Translations under genes and position numbers: made by a program
The notes under the pieces: model-generated
Told to the model about the DNA's origin: nothing
What the model saw: only the letters and a program-made list of their open reading frames with translations
The model's database searches: none
Origin: Octopus sinensis
Taxonomy: Eukaryota
Direction of reading: 5' to 3'
Length of the DNA: 64,000 nucleotides
Assembly: GCF_006345805.1 (NCBI RefSeq)
Contig: NC_042999.1
Span: 152,458,001 to 152,522,000 of the forward strand
Shown: positions 53,985 to 64,000 of the stretch, piece by piece
Numbering within the stretch: the stretch's first letter is position 1
How the letters are laid out: each line of letters begins with the position of its first letter

Positions 53985-55400
53985 GACTTTCATCGTGGCC
54001 TTTTCTCCGTAACATGCAAAGTCTCCGGTTTCTTTTACAAATATTATACGGTTAGACACGTATTTAAAGATGTTAGGAATAGGCATAGGAAGCGACGTAG
54101 TGGTAGTGAGGAGGTAAGTAAAACCAAGAGCTCACCTTCTAGAATAAGGGAAGTAATATGGTTCGCCCTTTCCTTTTCGCTTAGAGTTAGAAATTTGCGC
54201 AAGCTGTTTTTTAGGATCCTGAAGGAGAATCTCCCAAATAATCATAAATGCTACAGCATTTGCAATAAGTCTTCTATTAAGTTCTATTACGTAGTAACGC
54301 CAGATTTGGTTTCCATTACTGCATCTGTTAATAGAAGCAAGTGAAATGGGTAAGGGCACTGGAAGTGTTCTTCTGCTAGAAACCCCGGTACTGGGCAGGT
54401 AAGATCTAATACGCCTAAGGTTAGTGATACAAATCATTTACTCTCACCGGTCGTATCGCACCCCAGTAATGCGATGTGTGTAGAACATGGGAAACCAGAC
54501 AAGTAATGTTATTAGTAGTAATAAGGTTAGGGATGGCTCTGGAAAATCATGTAATTGTAGAAACCCTTGATTATGTCCTCTTGATGGGTTCTGCCTCATT
54601 ACTAATGCAATATATAAATGCGTTGTTAAAGAAGAGGGTAATTTGGATAAGTTTTATATAGGCTGTACAGTAAATTTTAAGACTACTAATAGGGCCCACT
54701 TGAACTCCTTTTCGAATGAAAAATACTGTAATTCTACTACACTTGCCTTTTATATACACGGTCTAAAGAGGAAAAATAATAGATATTCTCTGGAATGGTC
54801 CATCAATAGTACTTCAGAGTAAATGTAAATGAGTGTAAGTTGTGTGTAAGGGAATCCCTTGCCATCTTTAAGTCTTTGGGGCCAAAAACTTTATTAAATT
54901 TAATGAGGTGATCCTTTTTGCAAGCACAGGTTTTCTTCTACCTTTTTGAAAGTGTATAGAAATACAAGTAGATGTAATAGAATTGTTTAGTTTTGAAACC
55001 GGCGAGCTTGAATTTCTATTAACAACAGCCACCTACATGTTTAGCAATAAAATAATTCGTTTTTTTTTTTGTGTGTTAGGAAATTTGGACTGGTCCACTG
55101 ATGGGTTTATCTTTAGAATTAGGCCATGCGGCGATATATGAACTTTTTAGCTTTTTGCTTTGTGCGTGTTTTCTGTTTCCTGTTTATCCTGATGAGGTGG
55201 GGGTCATCGCCGTGAAGCACTTTAGTGTGATTAAACCACGTTGGTGAGCTCCCGAATGGCCATTGATGTATATGTATTTAAATTTGTATTTAAATTTGAC
55301 CTTGTGAAAGTCTGTTTGCTCATGAACATGGTTTTAATATTTAACTTTGGACGTACCTTGTGTGAGCAGAGTAAAAAAACAACTTTTAAAAATATTTTTA
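53985..55400 (+). mobile_element. Decayed Penelope-like retroelement (Naiad-like): post-RT linker, Cys motif, GIY-YIG endonuclease, 3' terminal repeat
   Basis: VIWFALSFSLRVRNLRKLFFRILKENLPNNHK..ICNKSSIKFYY; SCNCRNP*LCPLDGFCLITNAIYKC..FYIGCT..FKT..AHLNSF..STTLAFYIHGLK..LEWSI..CKLCVRE..LLN..CKH; stops and frameshifts. Confidence 0.85.
55185..55232 (+). ncRNA. Degenerate hammerhead-like motif downstream of the GIY-YIG ORF
   Basis: CUGAUGA(55189)-GGUGG/UCGCC stem II-guGAAG-CAC-uuua-GUG. Confidence 0.45.
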
Positions 55401-55937
55401 ATCGTTTGACAAAACTTTTTTAGTTGTTTGATATTTTATATTATCTTAGTTTATTAGTTTTTTCGTAGTATGGTAGAATTTCTATGAATTTTAAGTCATT
55501 TATATTTACCTTTTTGATAGGCCGTTCTAGTTGTATTTTATTCGGATATATATTTTTTACCTTCTATGTTTTTATGTATATGTATGTTTAGTTTTTTTAT
55601 GTATATGTATATTTTTTATGTGTTTAAGAACCATAAATATTTATGGCTGTATGGAGACCGATTCTTTGGATAAACTATTATATATATATATATATACGTA
55701 TTACCGTATTAGTTAAGTTCTAGTTTACGGCTAACCAGGATGATTATTATCTAACATCTGTGATTCAATTAGCTGTTAGTCTCTTCGTGAATTCTTCCGA
55801 TGGGTAATTCTGTGTACTGTTCGCTGGGTGTTGAAAACTGTCAGGAGTATATATTATTATTGATAACAATGAGGTGTATAGAGTCTTGTACATCCACAAA
55901 ATTTATTTTATAGTTATCGAGGATGACCAATTGGACG

Positions 55938-56020
55938 GATCCTGATGAAGCTACACCGACAATAATGCAAGGTTACATTTGCAGCAGTGACTAGTCGCTG
56001 CAGGGAAACACGTGTAGGTC
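55938..56020 (+). ncRNA. Type I hammerhead motif, intact core, ~56-nt stem II domain
   Basis: GAUC-CUGAUGA(55942-55948)...GAAA(56005-56008)-CACGUG palindrome-UA-GGUC. Confidence 0.65.
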
Positions 56021-56544
56021 ATTATAATATGCTGCATATAGCTAAGATAAATTTAGTTATTAAATCCCCATACTCTTTGTTATTAATATGTGTGTGTGTG
56101 TCTGTGTGTGTGTGTTATCAAATCTCATTGGAATTGGTTTGGTGTTGATTCGTTATACAATATTATGGGAAGTGTAATTTGAAAACTGTAGACTGTGATA
56201 TGATTTTAATTAAACTTGATTATAACTTTAGGTACAATGTAAATGCCACTGTTTTCTTTTGGAGAGAAAGTATTTTCGTAATAGCTGAGTTATCTAATCT
56301 GGGAAATACATCCTCTCTTTCCCTGCTCTCTCTGTCTCTCTCAATGTCTCTTACCTTATCTATTATTAGATAAGTTAGTAAGAAATGTAAACAAGAATAA
56401 ACAGTTTCTATTCATTTGGTGAAGGTTCATTCGCGTTACATTTGTATGGCTGTATGGAGACCGATTCTTTGGATAAACTATTATATATATATATATATGA
56501 AAATAGAACTACCATAACCACCATTAATATTACAAAATCTGTTT

Positions 56545-56762
56545 CAGGCGGTGAGGTGGCAAAATCTTTAGCACGCCGGACAAAATGCTTAGCAGAATTT
56601 CGTCTGTCGTTACGTCCTGGGTTCAAATTCCGCCGAGGACGACATTTACCTTTTATCATTTCAGGATCGATAAAATAAGTACTAGTTGAGCACTGGGATT
56701 GATGTAATCGACTTACTCCCTGTCCTGAACTTGCTGGCCTTGTGCCAAAATTTTGAAACCAA
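56545..56762 (+). mobile_element. SINE family C
   Basis: Flanked by 'attacaaaat' direct repeats. Confidence 0.85.
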
Positions 56763-57723
56763 CATTACAAAATATGCTTATACGTTGAGTATAGCATTAT
56801 ATAAAGGTTCTTTCTAAAACGCTTTAAGTTTTTTGTCTCTACCATTTGTATCACCAAATGAGTAGACGTGCTTTCGCGCTAGCAAATAGTGCTGACTGCA
56901 TTATAGTTGGGTGTGTTAGTATTATTGGCAGTATTATGACATTGGTTATTTAATCGCTCTGCAATATGACATTTGAAATACTTATCACAAATAAAATTTT
57001 ATAAGTTATTAAACACAATCATGCATCCATTACATAAATATCATCAAATTTTAAGTAAAAAGCCATATATCTCTAATATTCTACTAGACTACACTTTGTT
57101 AATATACTTACGTCATTGAACATGTTTAAAATCAATAAAAACCCGGTAACAGAATCAGAATATAGATTCAAGGAAATGCTCGATATAGAAACACATGAAC
57201 GCGCACACACATACACACCCACGCATGCACACACACATACATACACACGCACACACACACACACATTATATATCGGACTGACACCAAACCCATTAAAAAA
57301 GAGCTATAATCAACATATGTAAGCACTTTGAGATATGAATGCTTGTCCTGATACCGTACCTTCCATTTAGATAAGGAGCTGAAAGGCAAACAAAAACCTG
57401 CTGAATAACAGCCATTCAAAGGCATATCTATTTCCAGGTAAAACTTTTAAGATATTTCAACACTATATACTAATCCTTGATCTTGATGTAAATAGTAACA
57501 CTTCTTTATCCCAATTTCCCTATAATTTAATCAATCGATTTTATATGAAAAGTTCAATTCAAATTTCGAGGGCAAAATCGAACAATACTATCACGTAAAT
57601 TTGTATAGCGTTTATTTTCAGACTCAGTATTACATTATTGATTATTATAATATTTGGATTTTGAAATCATATTATATACTTTATCAATATATTTGTCATT
57701 CATATATTTTTGCGCTATTATTA

Positions 57724-57765
<42 letters not shown>

Positions 57766-57966
57766 GTTATTATTATTATTATCTCTTATCAATTTTATTT
57801 ATGTACATATAAAATATACGCGTGTATTTCTCTGTGGATGTTATTAATGTGTAGCAATATACACGTATATGTACATTACTTATTTTATATCTTAATCATC
57901 ATAAAGGTGTAATTTACATGATCGTTATTATATTGTTATCACTAAAAAGGTGTTGTGTTATATATA

Positions 57967-58016
<50 letters not shown>

Positions 58017-58438
58017 TGCTGCATCATCATCACATCATCGTATTTATTGTGTTTTTATCTACGTTGTCTACATTAGCGACTCCATAAAATCATTTTATTA
58101 TTTTAACTACCTTCAAAAGTAAGAAAAATTTCACTTTTTACATTATAATTGAAATTTTTAATTGTTAATTTCTCATTTTAAGTTCAATAATGTCAATTTT
58201 AAATTCAAATTATTGCTATAAAGAACTAATCCATATTATTCACTCTCAGTACAAACACCACCTAAATGGAAGTTCATCTCAAAATATACACTAGATAAAC
58301 TCTACATATAGTATGCATGTAAATACTATCTCGCGAGTTGAACTATAATAAATGAGAGGCTGGCTGATATTGAAAGAAACGAAGATTTAGAATTAACAAT
58401 TAATTTGAAGTATATAAAGTTAAACAAATCAGTTCTAT

Positions 58439-58684
58439 ACGGTGTTCAAAAAGTCTCTCCGCAGTAAATATTTTAGTGCAAAAGAAATATAAATAAGGCT
58501 ACAAAAGAATGTGTTAAACTTTACAAGGCTTTAAAAAATGTATAAGTTGTTGAAAGTGTCGTCCTTCATTTACAATATATAAGTTGACTCTTCTTGACAT
58601 GTTTTGAAATACATCTTGGACAGTCTGAGTCTTGGAAATAGTGGATAAAAATCTTCACTGCGGAGAGACTTTTTGAACACTTTG
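58439..58684 (-). mobile_element. Tc1/mariner deletion derivative (MITE) with both TIRs
   Basis: gtgttcaaaaagtctctccgcagt / actgcggagagactttttgaacac. Confidence 0.88.
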
Positions 58685-58712
58685 TATGTATACACAGACA
58701 CATATATATGCA

Positions 58713-59278
58713 CAGGATGTTCAAAAAGTCTCTCCGCAGTAAGTATTTTATTATAAAATAAATATTTATAAGAATACAAAAGAATATATTAGACTTTACA
58801 AGACTTTAGAAAACTTCATAAGAGGTGTTGAAAGTGTCGTTCTTCATTTTTAGTACATAAGCTGACTCTTCTACATATGTTTTGAACTACATTTCGGAGA
58901 GTCTGACGCGATATGGACCGTGTGAAGGTTATGATTGTGTCTTTTAGCTCATTAATGGTCACTGGGCGATTCTTGTACACTGATCCTTTACTTGCTCCCC
59001 AGGAAAAAATGTCTGGACATGTTAAATCAGATGATTTTGGTGGCCAAAATCTCTTCGAAATAATCCGTTCACCAAAAAATTCTTGAAGTAATGCCGTAGT
59101 GATGTGCGAAGTATGTGCTATAGCTCCATCTTGCTGAAAGTATGGCATTATTAATTTCACTTTCAGTGAGTTGGTCTGCAAATGGATAGACAATATTTGA
59201 GCAATATCACTTGGTGTTGATGGTGTCATAAAAAAACATTGGTCGCACATCACTGTGGAGAGAATTTTAAACACCCTG
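58713..59278 (-). mobile_element. Tc1/mariner deletion derivative retaining the transposase C-terminus (ORF 58816-59274)
   Basis: Both TIRs; YFQQDGAIAHT...RIISKRFWPPKSSDLTCPDIFSWG..KGSVYKNRP. Confidence 0.9.
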
Positions 59279-59437
59279 TACTTACCAATAAAAATTAAAA
59301 AGAAAAATTTAATCCAAAAGGCTCTTTTAATATATTTAGGTATTGAAGTGAATGATGTTGGAAGATATGTAGCCTTATAGCCTTATGGTTGAAATTTATT
59401 AAACAACAAAAGACGAAGGCAGGTATATGAACAACAG

Positions 59438-59537
59438 NNNNNNNNNNNNNNNNNNNNNNNNNNNNNNNNNNNNNNNNNNNNNNNNNNNNNNNNNNNNNNN
59501 NNNNNNNNNNNNNNNNNNNNNNNNNNNNNNNNNNNNN
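59438..59537. other. Assembly gap (100 N)
   Basis: Direct reading. Confidence 1.
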
Positions 59538-59671
59538 CATATATACGTACAATATACATATGTACGGCATATATATAGATGCTTACATACATACCATACA
59601 TACATACATACATACATACATACATACATACTATATAATATATATATATATAATATATATATATATATATG

Positions 59672-60670
59672 TATTTCGTTTTGGGTAATTTGCGAATGGC
59701 CACCGCGAGTGTCACATTGCTCTCAAGCAACTCTGCCGTCCGGGACCAAACTTGTGCGACTTCATTACAACAAAGGAGTTCTATAGAGGATTAGTAGAGG
59801 GGAGGTGCGACGACGTTCTCGGGCAGAATCTGGGCGTCGACGAGGAACACCTTACCCGCCTGTTCAGGACAACTTTCGGGCCGAGACGTATGGACAATCA
59901 CCAAAAATCCCTGGCCTGGCAGTGCTATCGAGAAGCATTACCTGTTCGGGATAAGCTCTACAGGTACGGTTCGAACACACTGGATCGACTTGCCCGAGAT
60001 GCGGTCAGAGCGACGAAACCGTTCTGCACGCACTTGTGCAGTGTCTAACCATTTCAGACCTGTGGGCTTATGCCGAACGGCTGCTGACACGTGGGATGAT
60101 TCCGCCTGTCGGGTGAGTCTATCCTGAAAATTGCTCCGCCCCCTTCCCTCAACTGGGAAGGCAAAGCAGTTTTCATCGTACTTGTGGCCATGGTGAAAGT
60201 ATGTGTGTGGTAGGCTCGAGCGAAAGGATTAGATACAAACACTTACCTCCCCGGCCAATCGCTCATCAACTTTTTCAAGTATCACTTGAAAAGGAAGGTG
60301 AGAATGGAGAGGCAGGTCTCTCGCGAAAGTTTCAAAAAAAGGTGGGTGAATGTAGCAAAGATGGTGCGTGTGTGACGGACGAAACCACTTTGAGCATGAT
60401 CCAGTAAATCGCCAAAGAGAGAGAGTTTTAGTTCCTCTCTGCCTGAGGTTACCGAGGTCTTTTCTGTAGGCTTTTCTTCCCACGCATGAACCTAATCTTG
60501 TTTCTTACTTTTAAAAAAATGTGTTTCTGTGATACACGATCCCTTTTGATCGGAATTTTACATTTGCTTCCTTTTGTGTTCCTTTTTTTCTTTTTCCATC
60601 TTCGAAAAGAAAAGCTCTACATTTGTATTTGTCCCCTCTGTATTCAGCCCTCTGTGGCCAATAAAGAAAG
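59672..60670 (+). mobile_element. 5'-truncated L1/Tx1-like LINE (ORF2 C-terminus plus 3' UTR)
   Basis: SLAWQCYREALPVRDKLY...TCPRCGQSDETVLHALVQC (CCHC)...FFKYHLKRKVRMER..RWVNVAK; AATAAA then (CTAT)n. Confidence 0.85.
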
Positions 60671-60682
60671 TTATCTGTCTAC

Positions 60683-60780
<98 letters not shown>

Positions 60781-60829
60781 GCGTGTGTACGTGCGTGTGT
60801 ACGTGTTTGGGCGCATGTTTGTACCTTAG

Positions 60830-61030
60830 TGTTGGGTTTGTCTCTTGACTGCTTGGCGACCGGTGTTGGTTTGTTTACGCCTCCGTAATTTAGCGCTTCT
60901 GTAAACAGGAGCGGATGCAAGAATTATCGGACTTAAAACAAATATTGAGATCGATTTGTTCACCGAGCAATCCTTCCTATAAAGCAATGCACCAGCATGG
61001 CCACAAGTCCTTGACCGAAACTACTAAAAG
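60830..61030 (+). mobile_element. Old SINE family B 3' half
   Basis: Diverged B tail. Confidence 0.65.
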
Positions 61031-61908
61031 ACTACAAGCGTAAAATTACTAAAAACCAAGCAAGGACCAAGTATTGTTCTTCAACTAGAATCTGATCCTT
61101 GGATCCTTCAATCGGTAGCCCGATTCTGTATCCCTTGGATCACCTTGTTTATACACTTTCAAACCGATACACGAAAATAGAGAAAAAAAAATGTTTAAAC
61201 AAAACTGAGAAAAATGACAGAAAATACAAAAATAAAGTGCTTTCATGGTAAAAAGATGATAGAGAAGCTTAGTCAGAGCTGTTCAAAATAAAAACTGGTC
61301 AATTATTTTCGTATTTGTCTCTTGTATCGCTTAGATTGTGGCATATACAGAGAAACCCACCCACCCACCCAATGCTCTCATATAACCTTTCGTCTCCTAG
61401 ATGACACTGACACGACGAGTAAGTGTTGCTTTTAAAATTTCAGATGGAAAAATAAAATAAAAGTGAACTACAACGAAAAACGAAACCTCTGATAGGAAAT
61501 TATATATGAATACACAGACACACACAAACACACACACACATATATATGTATATATATATATAAACAAATGTCAGCAACAACGAAAAGATGATGATTAAAA
61601 CGGAGAATATCAATAACAAAATATATAAATTGAGTGTTATTTTATAACACCATGTCAATAAATAGATACATGTGCTTCTATGTATGTATTTGTATTTCCA
61701 TGCAAATATATACATACATACATACATACCTACATACATACATATATATACACATATATATGTACATATATATGTATAAATATATATAATGTACATATAT
61801 ATATGTATAAATATATATATATATATACACATATATATATACATATATATATTTAATTTATATATATAAATATATATACACACATATATACATATATATA
61901 ATATATTA

Positions 61909-61945
<37 letters not shown>

Positions 61946-62133
61946 GTATATATATGTATGTATATACATACTACATATATATATAGTGTGTGTGTTTGTC
62001 TGTGTGTGTGTGGATAGACACACGCACACACCTATACATAAATAATTATATATAAGTGTGTGTGTATATTCACACGTGCCTATATATATACATACATGTA
62101 TATATATAAATATATATATATATATATGTGTGT

Positions 62134-62164
<31 letters not shown>

Positions 62165-63280
62165 GTGTGAATTGCATATTCGTATGTATAAATATACAAA
62201 CAGATATATATATGTATGTGTATGTTTATGCAGATATGTGCTTATATATTTTATATTCATACACGTCTATACACGCACGCACTTACACACTCCCAAACAT
62301 GCACATATATAAATTCTTTATGAGTATACACGTAAATATAATCCAGTCTGTGTCTATACAGTATTTATATACAGGCGCACATGTGCAATTATTGATATGG
62401 AAGTTCGCGAATATGATCAATCTTATGCACCAAACACATACACACATTGACGCATATTTATACATGCATATGTATGCATGTATATATGTAATTACTGTTA
62501 TGTAATTTGCAAAGTTAATTAGTCCCATATGCACAAATTTATTTATGCGCACAGACACACACACACACGCTCACACACATATAAGAATGTATGCGACTGT
62601 TGAAGCATATTTATATGTCTATGTCAAAACAAGTGTATATACATATACATATATGCATGTATATAGTGGTCTGTATGTTATGCGTGTATGTGCATGTGTG
62701 TAAGTGTGTGTGTATGAGGGCGTGACTATGAGTGCATTATTGCATGTGTATGCAATAATCAGCTTCTATGACTGAATGCATGATTCTGGCTATGATTAGC
62801 AGCGAAGAACACAATCGTGTTTTAATGAAAAATGACAGAAAATGAAAATAAAATAAATAAAATATATAAAAGAAAAGCAAAATGGTGAAACGCATTGCTT
62901 CGAACATAAAAAAAAAATCACCAATGCATGTAAATGTATACCTATATACCGTTACGCTAAGCGTGTATATTAAATGTGGGTGATACACTAATATGTACAT
63001 ACATGCATATATACATATATATGTAAATAGATAGATATATAAATATATCAATATATATATACATATATGTGTCGAAACCATAATGATATCCGTGGGGCAG
63101 CTGATGATGGTGGTATGTTGGATTGTTGGTTGGCTGTGGAATAGTATTATAACACACTCTTTTGATATATATATATATACCTAGATAGATATATAGTTAG
63201 ATAGATATATATGCATATATTTATGCATGAACACTTGTGCATATATATGCATGCAAATATATGCATATATACATGTATAT

Positions 63281-63314
<34 letters not shown>

Positions 63315-63383
63315 ATGTGAATGTGTATATGCATTCATGTATGTATATATAGGTGAATAAAAGTGTGCCTTTACGAGTGTATG

Positions 63384-63414
<31 letters not shown>

Positions 63415-63654
63415 ATGTGTGTGTGTATGCATATATACGTTTATGTGTATGTGTATATGTATATATAATATATCTTTTACTCTCTTTATTTCTCTTTTCC
63501 ACACACACACACAAAATATACATCCAAAGTAATAACACAGTGTAGCTCTTTTAACTGTTATTGTCGTTGTGTGGTGTTTGCTTGTGGGGGCTTGTTGCTG
63601 CTGTTGCTACTGTTGTTGTTGTCTCTTCTTCTTCCAACCAGTACTCACGCCATT

Positions 63655-64000
63655 AGCCACAAAGAATAATCTCTAATTCGAGCCTACTGTAAGCTACTAG
63701 GAATGCGTGTGGCAACTTGAAGATCCACCCGCCACACGCGATAAACTGGCGGTTGCACGGGCGCGAAAGCTACGTTGTTATCCTCATTCCGTAAACGGTG
63801 GCTTTTTAACGGTGAAGAGCTGAACCATCCTGGGGTACAGAGGATTCGCAATGTAGACTACGGTCTGAAAGTTTACCACACCATAGTGGGTTACACCATG
63901 GTTCCTCTGCTTTGTGGGAGAAGTAGGAAGAAAGAGTGAGAGAAAGTTGAGGTGAAAGATCACAGCGGGGTTCACCCCCACCCCCCGTTGGAGCCTCGTG
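63655..64000 (-). mobile_element. A-type SINE body with a third type of 3' module (runs off the window)
   Basis: 'ggaagaaagagtgagagaaagttg..gggttcacc..ggagcctcgtg' shared with family A, joined to an unrelated tail. Confidence 0.65.

Noticed and set aside
54568-54570. In-frame TGA inside the Penelope Cys motif as possible selenocysteine
   Set aside because: It falls at a non-Cys position, all four Cys are TGY codons, and the element has other stops and frameshifts

Overview
Eukaryotic, AT-rich, non-coding DNA (intergenic or deep intronic), with very dense microsatellites ((TA)n, (CA)n, (TATG)n, (TAGA)n, (AAT)n, (CAT)n) and one 100-N scaffold gap. The repeat content suggests an octopod cephalopod (Octopus); this is my inference from the SINE families and microsatellite load. 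There is no intact protein-coding gene. Almost every entry in the ORF track is a microsatellite or SINE read-through artefact. What I can support: (1) three abundant tRNA-headed SINE families, here called A, B and C, including dimers and a re-amplified C-in-A chimera; (2) decayed non-LTR retrotransposon 3' ends (two L1/Tx1-like, two R4/Dong-like, one CR1-like, one RTE-like); (3) mariner relics and three TIR-bounded deletion derivatives of a Tc1/mariner element with D38D spacing; (4) a Penelope-like (Naiad-like) ORF remnant with a GIY-YIG domain. The signal least explained by a standard annotation is a set of about a dozen minimal type I hammerhead-ribozyme motifs in Penelope-type terminal-repeat fragments. 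Five cluster at 8.2-9.9 kb, four of them in two divergent inverted repeats (one a zero-spacer palindrome), and some elsewhere have greatly enlarged stem II domains. Hammerheads in Penelope-like elements are known, so any novelty lies in these variants and their arrangement. A few weak candidate exons are flagged at low confidence. Coordinates were read by eye and boundaries of decayed elements are approximate.
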